From the NCBI RefSeq assembly GCF_009914755.1, contig NC_060930.1: a DNA stretch of 64,000 nucleotides. One strand, 5' to 3'. Of the stretch, positions 51,690 to 64,000 are shown piece by piece. The notes beneath the pieces were generated by a model. It made no database searches and had not been told where the DNA came from. It was given only the letters and a program-made list of their open reading frames with translations. Every line of letters starts with the position of its first letter. Within the stretch, counting starts at the first letter, position 1. The stretch is from the human T2T-CHM13v2.0 reference genome, Homo sapiens. Both the position numbers and the translations under genes were made by a program.

Positions 51690-54600
51690 TCACCTACTCT
51701 GATCAGAGGCATCCGCTTCCCGTGAGCACTTCTGTGCCTTGAGGATCCTGAGCACATGTGATCATAAGGAAAATTTAGGGCTAATTTTTAAAAACATAGG
51801 GGTTTGGTGAGGGCTCCATTTCTTCCAATGGGCGTATAGTACCCCCCACCCCCCCCAAAAAAAAAACGCTTTTTAAACATGTTGACTAAAAAATGTAAAA
51901 GTGATAACTTCCTTTAAAAACTTTGGGCTGGAGTTTATTTAAGTGGAACTTTCTGGTAGCTTTTTGCAACCTGTAATAAACTCATTGGAATGAGTGGGAA
52001 ATAGATATCATGTGTTTCCTGAGCCTTCCTTGGATCCGTGGCCAGGAAAAAAAGCTGCTGTTCAAGGGGTTAATGGTGTCCAAACCTTATTTATATTTGT
52101 GTGATTAGGGATGTGCAAAATGTGCCTCTTGCACTCAATCCAGGTTTGTGGAAGATTAGCTGTTCTAAACAGAAATGGAAGAACAGCCCAGAAGAATTGT
52201 AAAAAGAATGCGTAGCATGAGCAACAGGATTTTTTTTTTCCTGTGTGTGGCTATGTAGAGGCGGAAAAGGATGAAATGCGGTTTAAAAATTAAATGCAGA
52301 CTAACTGCTTTCCTCCTCTGAAGAATGCCAGAAAACATTTAATCCAGGAGATACTCCTGACCATTGACCACATTCCACCCACCACCATTCAGTCGGAAGC
52401 TTCAGACTCCGTAAAATAGGCGAACATGGTTATTACTGCAAATGCTATTTGTTGATTTTTTAGGGTCGACAGCCCAATGGCTGAACAGTGCATGATTGAG
52501 TATGAATTCATACTGCGTTCAGCTTGTAAAAAAGACTTGCTATGTACAAAGTAGCCTCATCGGTTTGAATGCTTAGGAATTTTTCTAGGGAACAAAACAT
52601 TATCAAAGACAGCAAAATTAAGGGAAACTGAGTAAGATTATTAAAATAGATCATATTAATGCCAAAATCTCTTGTACAAAGAGACCACTTATTCATATAT
52701 TTATTCACTGAGCAAATATTCATTGTTACCTATTATGCACAGCTAGAGAATGTTAGCTCAAAGTTTTCAAACCATTTTTTTAAAACAAAGATGTTTATAT
52801 ATCCTCTACAGATTCCTAAAGTTGGATCTTATTTTCTTGGTTAATTGTATGTATTGATGGGGAAAATTTTTTAAAGTCATATTCAAATAGATTTCTTTGA
52901 TTCGCTGGAGAATAAGAATTGGACATTTGCTCCAGGCCAATTGTTCATCTTATCGATAAATACAAAATGATGTCACTCAAGTTGTGGGATAACCCCCCAA
53001 CCCACCCTCAAAGTTTAAGAAAACAGCTACGTAGATAGCATTATGGAATTCTTAAAGCTCCGAGGGGTATGAGAAGACATCAGTTCAATATCTTGAATTT
53101 GCAAAAGAGCTCACTGAGGCCCAGTAATCTTAGCTCAAGTGACTTTCCCAAGGCTCCAGAGGCAGCTGGTGGCAGAGCCAATCCCGGCAGCCATGGTCGG
53201 TCTTTTCTTGTGTTTCCCTCCAGGTCTTCTGCGTGCATTAAACTCTTACAGAGGTACTGACTTGGTTCCAGACATGTACCTGTACATGGGAAGTCCCTGT
53301 ACTTGGGTAGCTCATGGTATTCATATTTGTCTTAGATCTTTCTTCCTTGGATATTACAAAGTGGAAGCTTATGAAGTGTGAAAATTAACCAAAGGATCTT
53401 AGAATCCTTCAGATTATTTTGAGTCATTCATTATACTTAATAATTGCATTCATTGTATTTTACTAAAACTATGTGTATGAAGCATGAAAATACATTTGTT
53501 CTTGAAAGAAGGGAACACTCAAAGTATATGGTACATTTGGCTCTTTCTTATCTTGCTTCTCTGCTACCTAGGCCAACACTGATTCTTGGCGATGGGGTCT
53601 CTGAGAGGAAACATCCTTAGCTACACGATCCTGTGGGTATGACAACAGTGGAGTCAGGTGGGGCTGTGATTCAAACCCCGCCACAGCCATACTTTGAAGC
53701 CTGGGTCTGAAACTGGGCCCTCATTGAAGTATCTTCAATGTGTAGGGCCTGATAGGTACCCCCATGTGGCCCCCAGGGCCCCCACCATGGCCTGATAGGT
53801 GCCCCATTACCTCAGGACAGCTCATGCTTTGGGACGAATCAGTCCCACTTGGTAAATCTCAAGGCTCATACTCAAGGGCATCAAAGGCCAGTGTGTAAAT
53901 TGGGGCTATTCTCGTCTTGAGAAGGCATCCACCTGTCACTGTGTCACAGGCTGCTGACACCTCTCAGCCTACATTCTCAGTGACTGTAGCAATGATTCCC
54001 AGGTGAACAGAGCTGCTCCCCCAGGCCCCCTTGCTTCTGGCCCCAGAAGTCCAGGACACCTCTCCTAGGTGCACGGCTTCCCAAGCTCCTCTGGGGGTCT
54101 TGGGTTGGGATATACTTGCTTGGGGGAGAAAATGGGAGACTATCTAGAAGGAAGGTCTGATTTGGAGGGATGTAGCGCTGGCATGGTAGTTGCTATGTCC
54201 GCCTTTCAACTGGTTGCTATGGGGTTGAGCCCCAGTTCGGGCAAATGTATGTTCCCGGAGAAAAGCATTTTCAGTCGGCAATTTCTGACCCACCCTTTGA
54301 AATGACTTGATTCAGATACTGTTTATGAAGCACTTTCCGTTCTGAAATGGGGCCTAAGTTCAGGGTAGTGTTCTTTTCTGCTGTTTCATTTGACTGTAAC
54401 GGGAGTTACACAAGTAACACAGGGTATAATTTGACCTAATTGATTCCAGGCCTCTTCATTGTCGCTCTAACATCTTCCTCCCTTTATTAAATTCACATCA
54501 GTTCACATTTCCCTTCGTTAAACTTCCAGTTAAACTCTTGCAGAGATGAGAATGCTTTCTGCAGATAACTTCAGTAATGGAAGCACCTAATTTTCTGTTT

Positions 54601-55099
54601 GGGTGATAAAAAGCCTCTGGTGATGAAAATATTTACTTTAAAAAACTGGGATTCTTAACTAAGTGAAAAATATATATATGAAAATTACTGTTCTGCAAAT
54701 AGTTAGAACAGGGTAGCGCCTCTGCTCATAGCTTTGTATCAACATAGGCAGGTGTTCAAATGGAGAGAGCAGGGTGGGGGGCCCAAAGCGAGGAGACTGA
54801 GTTTCCAAATTCAACATTTAGCTGTTTTGGGTTAGGGTTGAGTTAGATCAAGGCTTGTACATTTTATATACTTTGACAGAATTGTGTTATTGGATTGAGA
54901 AAAATGGAAGGACTTTAGGGAGAGGGAGTAATCAGTGAATCCATCTGCGTGTTCTCAGAACTCAGTGAATTAATTCCATATAATAACTATTTTAAATTTT
55001 CAGTCTTAGAAAAAGGTTCCTTTGGTTTGCTTGAAGAATACTATCCATTCCAGTTCTTAGGAACATTGGCCTAGACACATTTGAAATTCAGTAGACTTT

Positions 55100-55500
55100 G
55101 GGCAACTGAAATTTACAAGATTAAACTATTACAAACTAGAAGAAAATAAAGGTGATGGTTTTAACTGGTCTCTCAATGGAGAAAAGCTTTCTGGCTATAA
55201 GTAATAGGAGACTGTATAATGTACATGTACACATGTAGATACATTTCTTACACATACAGTATATGTAAAGAAATACCCAGATATTAGATGACATAAAATT
55301 TTCAGACACATGTCAAAATATAAACAAAATTAAACATACACACATTAACCCTCTGGTATATTTGTTGCAAATATGATAGACAATAAATATGGCAAAGACC
55401 TATTCTTATATAAAAAGCCCATATAAATCAAGAAGAAAAATATCAAAGTTGAATGTAAAATATGTAGAACACATGAAAAAGAAACTGAGAAAGAACTATA
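55100..55500 (+). mobile_element. Old L1 (L1ME-like) ORF2 remnant
   Basis: A-rich aaactattacaaactagaagaaaata...ataaatcaagaagaaaaa. Confidence 0.5.
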
Positions 55501-55731
55501 AGTGCCTGTGGTGTATTTTCAACAGCTCTGTGAATTTCATTATAATGTTTCTGAAAGTGCCGTGGTGACCTCGCCCACATGATTGACATGGTGTCCCATT
55601 TGTGAGGACACACACCAGGATCTCCCCCAGGTCTGGGCTTTTCCTGGGCTACCTTTCTCTGAGTTCTGTAACTGGCCACGTATCTGTGTTTTCAGTGATT
55701 TCTACAAAGGTGAGGAAAAAAAAAACATGCT

Positions 55732-55828
55732 GGGTCAGGTGTGATGGCTTCTGCCTGTAATTCCAGCACTGGAGGCTGAGGCAGGTATTCAAGATCAGCC
55801 TGAGCAACATGGCAAAGCCCTGTCTCTA

Positions 55829-55918
<90 letters not shown>

Positions 55919-55932
55919 GTGGGCATGGTAGT
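55732..55932 (+). mobile_element. Degraded Alu left arm with expanded linker and truncated right arm
   Basis: gcctgtaattccagcact...ccctgtctctac-A35-(TA)24-aaattagtgggcatggt. Confidence 0.8.
55830..55912. repeat. A35(TA)24 compound microsatellite
   Basis: Direct count. Confidence 0.95.
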
Positions 55933-56087
55933 AGATAAGGGATCTTCATGACACATGATTGTGTTTTCTCTCTTTAGTTTCTCATTTATTTTTATGATGA
56001 TATATTATTTGATTTTTATAAAACACCTCCAATACTTTGTGGAATGACATGGGTTTTAAGTAAATCATTACATAAAAATATATTTGA

Positions 56088-56418
56088 GGCCAGATATGAT
56101 GGCGTATACCTGTAATCCCAGCACTTTTGGAGGCCAAGGCAAGAGGTTGCTTAACCCTAGGAATCTGAGACCAGCCTGGGCAACATAGTGAGATCCCTGT
56201 CTCTACAAAAAAAAAAAAAAAAAAAAAAAAACTATTTAAAAAACTAGCTGAGCATGGTGGCATGTGCCTGTAGTCTCAGCTACTAGGGAGGCTGAGGTGG
56301 GAGAATCATTTGAGCCCAGGAGTTCAAGGGTCCAGTGAGCTGTGATCGCACCACTGCGCTCCAGCCAGGGTGACAGAGTGTGACCCTGTCTCAAAAAAAA
56401 AAAAAAAAAAAAAAAAAA
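56088..56418 (+). mobile_element. Alu (AluJ-type) with expanded middle A-run
   Basis: Complete dimer; TSD-like aaaatatatttga/aaaatatatatttga. Confidence 0.93.
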
Positions 56419-56699
56419 CCAACAAACCCAGTATAGAAAATATATATTTGAAAATCTCTATAGATACTCCATAGCATCTCCTTGCAATTTATTAATTTAT
56501 CTTTATAATTCCCTTGATTTTGAATACCTGAGTTGGAAACAGTCACTGTATAAGTAGCCACCTAAAGAGTGACCCCCTCACCCCTACTGCCCCATCAGTC
56601 ACTCCCTTGTCTGATTTCCTCTACGGAGGGAAAGCCCAGCTGTTCTTAGATGTTGCGACCACTGGTGGCCAGCTTGGGGACATCCAGGTAGTCCAATCC

Positions 56700-57124
56700 T
56701 TCCTTTCAGGTTGTTGGAAGAATTCAGTTTTGCAGTCATAGGACCGAGGTGCCTCTTTTCTTGCTGACTGTCAGCCAGGGCTGCTCTCAGATCCTAGAAG
56801 CTGCCTGTATTTCTCACCAAGTGGCCCTTTCCATCTTCATAGCCAATAACAGCTCATTATGCCTGGGATCCCTCTGCCTCTCTCTTCTGTTACCAGCTAG
56901 AGAAAACTATGTGCTTTTAAAGAGCTGCTGAGATTCAACTAGGCCCACATGGGCAATCTCCCTTCTGATTGTACTCAAAGTCAACTGATTAGTAACCTTA
57001 ATTATATCTGCAGAATCCCTATTGCCACGTAACTTAATCAGGACATGACATCTCATCATGTTTATACTCCTGGGAATTAGGGCAAGAAATCTTAGGAGTC
57101 CATTTTAGAAATTTGCTTAAAACA
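56700..57124 (-). mobile_element. MaLR LTR fragment (MLT1E/F/G-like)
   Basis: caggttgttggaagaattcagtt...aaagtcaactgattagtaaccttaattatatctgca...cattttagaaatttgcttaaaaca. Confidence 0.75.
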
Positions 57125-57515
57125 GCCAGATGTCAAAAACTCTTAGCTTCTCTTCATTCATAAGGTTGTATTTCTTCCACTCCCCGATTTCTGTCTTCCT
57201 GTTGTTTGCAGACTTTTGCTGTTCTTTAGTTTGAGTGTTTTTTTTCTTCTTTCACGTACAGTGTACAATATCCTTTTAAATCTTATCCTTTGTTACAGTC
57301 TCTGAATTCTTCACTAATAACTGTAGGAAGTATCTCTCTCTACCTTTCTCTTCCTCTCATTCTCACTCTTCAAGCCATTGGCAGGAGACATGTAATGATG
57401 TGAGGGTCAGGAGGCCAATACACCAGTTCCTGTTCTGTCCCTACATTAAGTATGTAGCTTGATCTTAGTGTCTTGGTCTCCTCAATCAGTAATAACTAAT
57501 AATTATCTCTATTTA

Positions 57516-57735
57516 AATGAAAACACATGGACACAAGGAGGGGAACATCACATACCGGGGCCTGTCGGGGTGAGGCAGGGGAGGGGGAGAGCATTAGGAC
57601 AAATACCTAATGCATGCAGGGCTTAAAACCTAGGTGACAGGTTGGTAGGTGCAGCAAACCACCGTGGCACATGTATACCTATGTAACAAAAGTGCACATT
57701 CTGCACATGTATCCCAGAACTTAAAGTAAAATAAT
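57516..57735 (+). mobile_element. 5'-truncated L1PA (L1PA8-10-like) 3' UTR
   Basis: gcattaggacaaatacctaatgcatgcagggcttaaaacctag...cccagaacttaaagtaaaa; TSD taataattatctctattta/taataattttctctgttta. Confidence 0.9.
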
Positions 57736-58064
57736 AATAATTTTCTCTGTTTAGAGGATAAAATGAGCCTATTTAAATGTCTTTCAAAATATTCAAATTG
57801 TGTGATGCTAAGTTCCTAAATCACCTCTTGTAAGATTATTCTTCCTTTTCTGGGATCCCTTCTCTCATGATATGCCCAAGAATTCCTGGGACTTAAAGGG
57901 TCAGCCTTGGTTTCTCTTACCAAGCTATTAGAGTCATTACTCAAAATACCTCCTAGAAGCTGAGGACTCCAGACCTCTACCGAGTGCTGTGGCACCTAAA
58001 CACTGATGAACTTGGAGATATTTTTGGATGTGCAGCAACTGCCTCTATGTGTGCAGAATAGCAG

Positions 58065-58262
58065 GGTGACTAAGAGCAAGAACTTCTGAATAAAAAATAT
58101 CTGGGCTTGAATCCTGGCTCTGCCACTGATAAGCTTTAAGAATTGGAGCAAGTTTCACATCAGTAAATGAGGATAATAATTGGGATTGAGAGAAATAAAT
58201 CAGATGTTTATAAAAAGCTTATCACTGTGCTTGGCACATAATAAATGTTTAATAAATAGTAC
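58065..58262 (+). mobile_element. MIR
   Basis: taagagc...ctgggcttgaatcctggctctgccact...gtaaatgaggataata...cttggcacataataaatg. Confidence 0.8.
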
Positions 58263-58267
58263 CTACT

Positions 58268-58296
58268 GTTACTTTTGCTAAGTTACTTTTGCTAAG
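58268..58296. repeat. 14-bp perfect tandem duplication gttacttttgctaa x2
   Basis: Direct reading. Confidence 0.9.
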
Positions 58297-59064
58297 AATT
58301 AACATGGCAGTGGCAAAACCTTAGTCTTGGTTGAAATTACAGTATTATGAAAACATTTTGGAGGTTAAAATGATCATAGAAGGATCACACAGTTGAATTA
58401 CAAATTCAAAAAGTTTTAAATACTAAAATTTAAAAATACAAAATACCAAATTTTAAAAAATAGAGAACACACACTGTAATTAGACCCCTAAGAAGGGAAG
58501 AAAATGGCTTAATTCATTCCCGTTATAATTAACAGTGGGCGTTTAACAGTAAAGATGTGCTTCGTGTTAACATTTTCCTTTGTCTCCAGTTGCTGGACTT
58601 CCTAATACAACCCATTTATCCAAAAATAGAGCAAGAGGAAACAGAACATAGTAGCATTGTAGAAATAAATAGTCGTTCTGGCTGGAAACCAAATGGTTGG
58701 CAGGGGCATTTTACTAATCACTGGTGTATTGATATGGCCTAAGCTGTGCTTGTTGGCAAAATTGTTACAGTCTGACTTGGTGACTCTTTAGGATGGGGTT
58801 GTAATTTTATTTTAGAATATTTCACACAGTAAAGGACTAAGGAAGTCCGGTCTCCTAGGTTGCAAAGCCATCAGTTAGTAGGTTAGAAAATTGCTGGAGA
58901 GGCTTGTGTGTGTACTTACACCATTGTTCAGCATTAATTGAGTATGTATTCTGACAAATGGATTAAGAAGGGAGCAGGAAATAGTGGAAACAGAGAAATA
59001 CATAGAAGTAGTGGAAGAGAATGGAGTTTACATTTGTGTAACTTGTGGGCTCTTCGTTTAATCC

Positions 59065-59215
59065 CCTCCGTAATCCACAGAACAGATATCCTCCCTGTTT
59101 TAAAGGTAAGCAGCTTGGGGGTCAAAAAAACTCTTCAAGGTCATGCTCATTGATAAGTGGTAGAGCTGGAATTTAAACCCAGGTCTGTGTGACCACAAAT
59201 GCCATGTATTTTCCA
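59065..59215 (-). mobile_element. MIR
   Basis: caaggtcatg...taagtggtagagctggaatttaaacccaggtctgtgtgac. Confidence 0.7.
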
Positions 59216-60112
59216 CTGATTTGACTTTAGATTTGAAGCAGAAGTAAAATTGGGAAAGTATCAGTACATTCAGCCATGGCATCACCAGTAGGGGAGATGA
59301 AGTTAAAGCAAAATTTGAGAGAATCCCTTCTGGTGGAAGGGCTCTCAGTTAAAGCCCCATCCATAATTGCTTTCTGTTCATGTTGACCTTTATTTTAGAC
59401 TAATGGTTTGTTTATTAATTAAACTGTGAAAACTAGTTTTACTTGATTAAAGTGCACAGCAGAGTATACTTTGTTTTGGTAGTGATTGTTTTTTCTTCTA
59501 TTTTTTAACCCTTTAATGTCAGTTTTCCCTTGGAGGGATAATATATTAGATTAAAAAAAAACACTATGACATTAGGGGAAAATAGTATAGAATGCTACGT
59601 AGGCAGAAGTTATTACTCTACTGTTTTTCATATGGCTTATTAGCTGGTCGTTCTTTTTTATTGTGGCAATATTTCAGTTACTAAGATCAGATCCTTCAGT
59701 TAACCAGGGTTGTCTGTTGTTCTGAACTCTACTTGGAAAAGAAAGAGATCAATAAACTCAGAAACAAAGGCAAACAAAGATACACGTCCTCACCTTCTCA
59801 TCACCAGTCCACTCGAGAGAAACCAGCTTTCAAAACATTCAGTCTATTTTTTCAATACCTTGCTTTTTAACTTTACAATTTGTAACATGCTTTTAAGTGT
59901 GTTAATGAGCTCCTTTGATTATCATGTTTTTTTAATGTGAGAAAAAACAGGCATATGCTGTTCTTCCCAGGTCTTCTGGTGTTCAAAGTTCTATCAACTA
60001 AACAACACTGGACTTCTTATCTTTTCAGTGGATGCTTATGTGGAGGTGGTGCAGGATGCTCAATTATTAAAAAATGATGTGATTATATATTAAGGTCAAA
60101 AACTGCCTGATG

Positions 60113-60478
60113 CACATATACACCATGGAATACTATGCAGCCATAAAAAAGGATGAGTTCATGTCCTTTGTAGGGACATGGATGAGGCTAGAAACCATCA
60201 TTCTGAGAAACTATCACAAGGACAGAAAACCAAACACCGCATGTTCTCACTCATAGGTGGGAATTGAACAATGAGAACACTTGGACACAGGGCGGGGAAC
60301 ATCACACACGGGGGCCTGTCGTGGCGTGGGGGGTGGGGGGAGGGATAGCATTAGGAGATATACCTAATGTAAATGATGAGTTAATGGGTGCAGCACACCA
60401 ACATGGCACATGTATACATATGTAACAAACCTGCACATTGTGCACATGTACCCTAGAACTTAAAGTATAATTTAAAAA
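60113..60478 (+). mobile_element. 5'-truncated L1PA (L1PA4/5-like): ORF2 end plus 3' UTR
   Basis: caccatggaatactatgcagccataaaaaagg...gagatatacctaatgtaaatga...cctagaacttaaagtataa; perfect TSD aaaaactgcctgatg at 60098-60112 and 60479-60493. Confidence 0.95.
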
Positions 60479-61966
60479 AAAAACTGCCTGATGTTTTAAA
60501 GCTGAATTGAAAGTGTATTTTTAAATTTAGATTTGGCCTTTTGCTAACCAAGATATTAGATTATCTAGAACATCTCCAGTAATGATAGAAATGTAGTGTT
60601 GCGAAGGGCTTTGGGAATCATCTTGTACAAATGCCTCACATTGCAAAGTGAGAAAACTGAGGTTTGTGGATGGCAAGCCATCAGTCAGCTTGTCTGGGAT
60701 GTCATGTTGTGGGCCCAACAGGTGGGTAAATTTAGATCAGGTCACACATTTTTTAAAAACACATTTATAATTGGACTGGATACTTGAAAACTTTTAAAAA
60801 GCATAAAATAGACCAAATCCATGGCTTAGACTGTTTTGTTCTGCTGATTTTTCTCAGAATTTACAAAATACAGAGGATTGCAGCAGATCAAAAATAAGCA
60901 AATACATACGAATTAGAGCCGGAGAAGCTTTCCAGATTTCCTGATCTTACTGCCCTACAAGTATGAAAAAGCGTTTCTAAACATGTCTTTTTTTAATGTC
61001 AAGATGAGCGTGGCAACCTCGTGTTTGTTTTATACTTTTGGACATTTTATATTCCACTCTGCTAAAGGGGACTTGGGGTGAAAAAACAGAAAAGATTTTG
61101 GAATCTTTAATACTCCCTGTAGAATCATGTTATTTAACTTACGGCCACAACTTGTGGAATATTTCAGCACTTGTAATTCTGATTTGAAAAGTGTTTTTGT
61201 TTTTTCCTTCCAACTTGCTAGCAGCTGTAGGCAGTAACTGACATCTTTATATAAGTTGCACATTGTCGACATAGATAACTGGACAAGTTCTTTAGAGTGG
61301 CCTGGCACTTTTAGAGGTTTCTTTTCCTGCTAGACGGTGTTTAATCATGAAACAGCCCCTAGAGGGAAGTGCTTCTAGCTGTCTCCATCACAAACAAAGC
61401 CAGCACATTGGCTCAAACCAAGGGGCCTCCTCCAGAGCCTGAGGTCCTGGAGCCTTGCCCCGTAGCCCTTGCTTTCAAATGAACAGGGGATGTGTAGCCA
61501 CCTACAATCTGACGTCAACTGTCAGGTCACACGCCTCATGCCTAGGTCAGAGGTACATCACTTTTAGACACGTTGATACTATCAAGAGAAAGGAAAAGAC
61601 CATCAGGATCTGGGGAAGGGAGATCTTTTTGAGCCAATGATTGCATTTTATAAACACGTGAAATTGGCAAGACATTCTTTCCAGATTTCACAGAGGGATA
61701 TCCCATGTCCAACCAGGGTAAGACATGAGGACATGAGTAATTAGAAGGAGAAACATTGTTCATAATGACAAGGTGGAATGTGAAAATTGGCTGGAGCAGA
61801 AAGGGGGAAAAAGACAAGCTGCAATGTGAGATTTAGGCACACAGACAGGCGTGTGGTGTCTTTGTGTGTGAGTACATATGTGAGTGTGTGACTGTTCACG
61901 CGTGCACATGTGACCTCTAGCCTACCAGATCATGTGAGGCTTTATTGAAGAGATGTTCTGTGACAG

Positions 61967-62014
61967 TAGGGTGACCAATTTGTCCTAGTCTTACCAGTCT
62001 GTCCCAGTTTTAGC
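61967..62014. mobile_element. MER81-like hAT-Blackjack terminal fragment
   Basis: tagggtgaccaa..tgtcc..gtcccagttttagca. Confidence 0.6.
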
Positions 62015-63490
62015 AGCTGGAGAGGATGATCGGTTGAAATTCAAACCTGAGTATACTGGGTATAATTGCATATATACTTCATTGTCTCCACAATGAGTTT
62101 GTGTAACTTGTAGGTTACACAAATTGCTGGCTGAAGTTCATCCAGGTCAATTTATGTGCTAATGTTTTAGGGATTGCATGGCTGATAACAGTATTTTTTT
62201 TTACTATCAGATCCAGAAAACAATTGAATTTGAATTTGGCAAACGGAGATAAACAGGGAGAAGGAGAAGTAAAAAAGGGATGTAAGGGGAGAGAAAGGAA
62301 GAAAGGGAAGGGGAAAAGGCCTCTAAGCCTCACTGGGAAGGTCCTGGTAATGTCACTGAACCAACATGAGCCCAACCACAGGAACCAAGAATCTGCTCTG
62401 GAAATCCTGTTTAGTTGTATTTAAGTTTTTTTCCCTCCAGTTACCATTTTCTTCCAAAACTCGGCATGTAAGTGAAGATGGTCTTTAAATCCCAGATGTT
62501 GTTTTTCCATCTTCCAGCTGGAGTTGAGGTAATATTGTGATATTCAAACAGAAACAGAAGCTGCATTTTTTGGGTTATTTTTTCTAGCAGCATTACCATA
62601 AATTGGACTGCAGTGAGTAATCTTTTAATCAGATGGAAAGAGGCATTCCAAATATGTTTCTAGTCATCTGAGAGTATTTAACAACTTCTTTAAGAAATAA
62701 AGTTAAGCGTTGGTGAAAGTGGGGATATTGGTGGTCTGTTTAAGTGAAATACTTTTAAACTTTTTGTTTTAAATAATGTAGGTGTGTTTTATTACAAATA
62801 GAATGTACTTAGTATGAAGAATTTATAAAATAGAGATAACCAAAAATAAGACAATAGAAATTATTCATACTCCATCATCCAGCTAACTACAATTTTGTTT
62901 CAGCCTTTTAAAAAGTATGTGTATATACCTTTTAAAATGTGTGTGCATATACAAATGACATCACCCCATACATGTGATTTTGTAAGTAGATTTTTAAAGG
63001 TTTGCTCTCTTTTGTTTTGAGATTGCTTTGGGTATTGCAGCATTCCTAATACAGGACTAAGACTTTCACCTCAAGATGATAGATCCCCACCCAGGTGCAT
63101 TGGTGGTGGTTTGGGAAGCTGTGACCAAAACTCCACAAACCTCGCAAATCAAAAGCTCTGAGAAAAGTGTTTTTCTGGCTCTCGGGACTTGCTGATGACT
63201 GCGCATTGGCTCTTTTTGCTTCACGTGACCCCTTCTGTCCCCACCAAAGGGAGTTCTGCCTGGGGACCTTTCTAGCGCTCCAGTTGCCTTATGGCCTGGG
63301 AGCCCTCAGCATCTTTCTGTCTGCCTGCCTGGAGGAAATTAGGTGGGGACAGTGAACTAGAGCCTGGCCCAGCTGCTCATTCCCCGAGGCAGGTGAGCAT
63401 GCCCTGGGTGGAAGCCTGCAGCACATTTTTCTAGGAGCTGAGTTGCTCGTTCTTCATCTTTCCCTTATCCCCTAGCACGTGTGTCTTAGG

Positions 63491-63830
63491 CAGCAGTCCC
63501 AACCTTTTTGACACCAGGGACCAGTTTTGTAGAAGATCATTTTTCCATGGACCAGGTGGGGAGGGGGGTGGTTTGGGATGAAACTGTTCTACCTCAGATC
63601 ACCAGGCATTAGATCCTCAGAAGGAGCACGCGATCTAGATCGCTTGTGTGCCCGGTTCACAATAGGGTTTGTGCTCCTATGAGAAGCTAGTGCCAAGGCT
63701 AATCTGACAGGAGGTGGAGCTCAGGCGGAAATGCTCATCGCCAGCCATGCACCTTCTGCTGTGCGGCCCAATCCCTAACAGGGCACAGGCCAGTGCCTCG
63801 GGTCTGCAGCCCTGGGGTTGGGGACCCCTC
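63491..63830. mobile_element. MER1B hAT-Charlie element
   Basis: gtcccaacctttttgacaccagggaccagttt...ctgacaggaggtggagctcaggc...ggggttggggacccct. Confidence 0.9.
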
Positions 63831-64000
63831 TTCTATGGGACATCATTCTGCCTGTTGTGGGCTGTTTCTCCAGTGGTCCCTTTCTTCCAGGGCAACTTCA
63901 GCCTTCTTGAGCTGAATATGACACCAGCCTTTTAAAAGCTTTCCACCTTGTTCTATCCAGGTCTGGCAGTTTGACCCAAGAACTGTGGGGATTGGGGCCC

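Noticed and set aside
58560-58600. Strong acceptor-like tract ending at 58589
   Set aside because: No good donor within normal exon length; isolated acceptors are common in introns.
61356-61372. CTCF-like motifs (ccccTAGAGGGaagt; also 26520 and 33870)
   Set aside because: Each mismatches the key GGC position, so it cannot be supported without PWM scoring or ChIP data.

Overview
Primate (human-like) non-coding genomic DNA. No protein-coding region can be supported: the listed ORFs are Alu/L2/LTR read-throughs or chance ORFs. The window holds about 21 Alu copies or fragments (AluJ/S/Y-type, FLAM/FRAM), L1 fragments (two 5'-truncated L1PA 3' ends with TSDs, L1MC1, older L1M), L2 and MIR relics, five solo MaLR/ERVL LTRs, DNA-transposon relics (MER5, MER1B, MER104-like, MER81-like) and several micro/minisatellites. 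All five LTRs lie on the minus strand and the best splice signals are on the plus strand, which suggests a very long intron of a plus-strand gene with enhancer-like unique blocks. The most concrete oddities are: a tailless 5S rRNA retrocopy with perfect TSDs (18689-18765); a ~95-bp unique sequence duplicated ~1.96 kb apart (30656-30749 and 32616-32707); a well-formed 100-nt cryptic exon (47986-48085); a YAG|GTAAGT recursive-splice-like site (35863); CpG-retaining homeodomain-motif patches; and several structurally aberrant Alus. I see no evidence for a new multi-gene system. Repeat subfamily names come from recalled consensus sequences and need RepeatMasker/Dfam confirmation; boundaries of old repeats are approximate.
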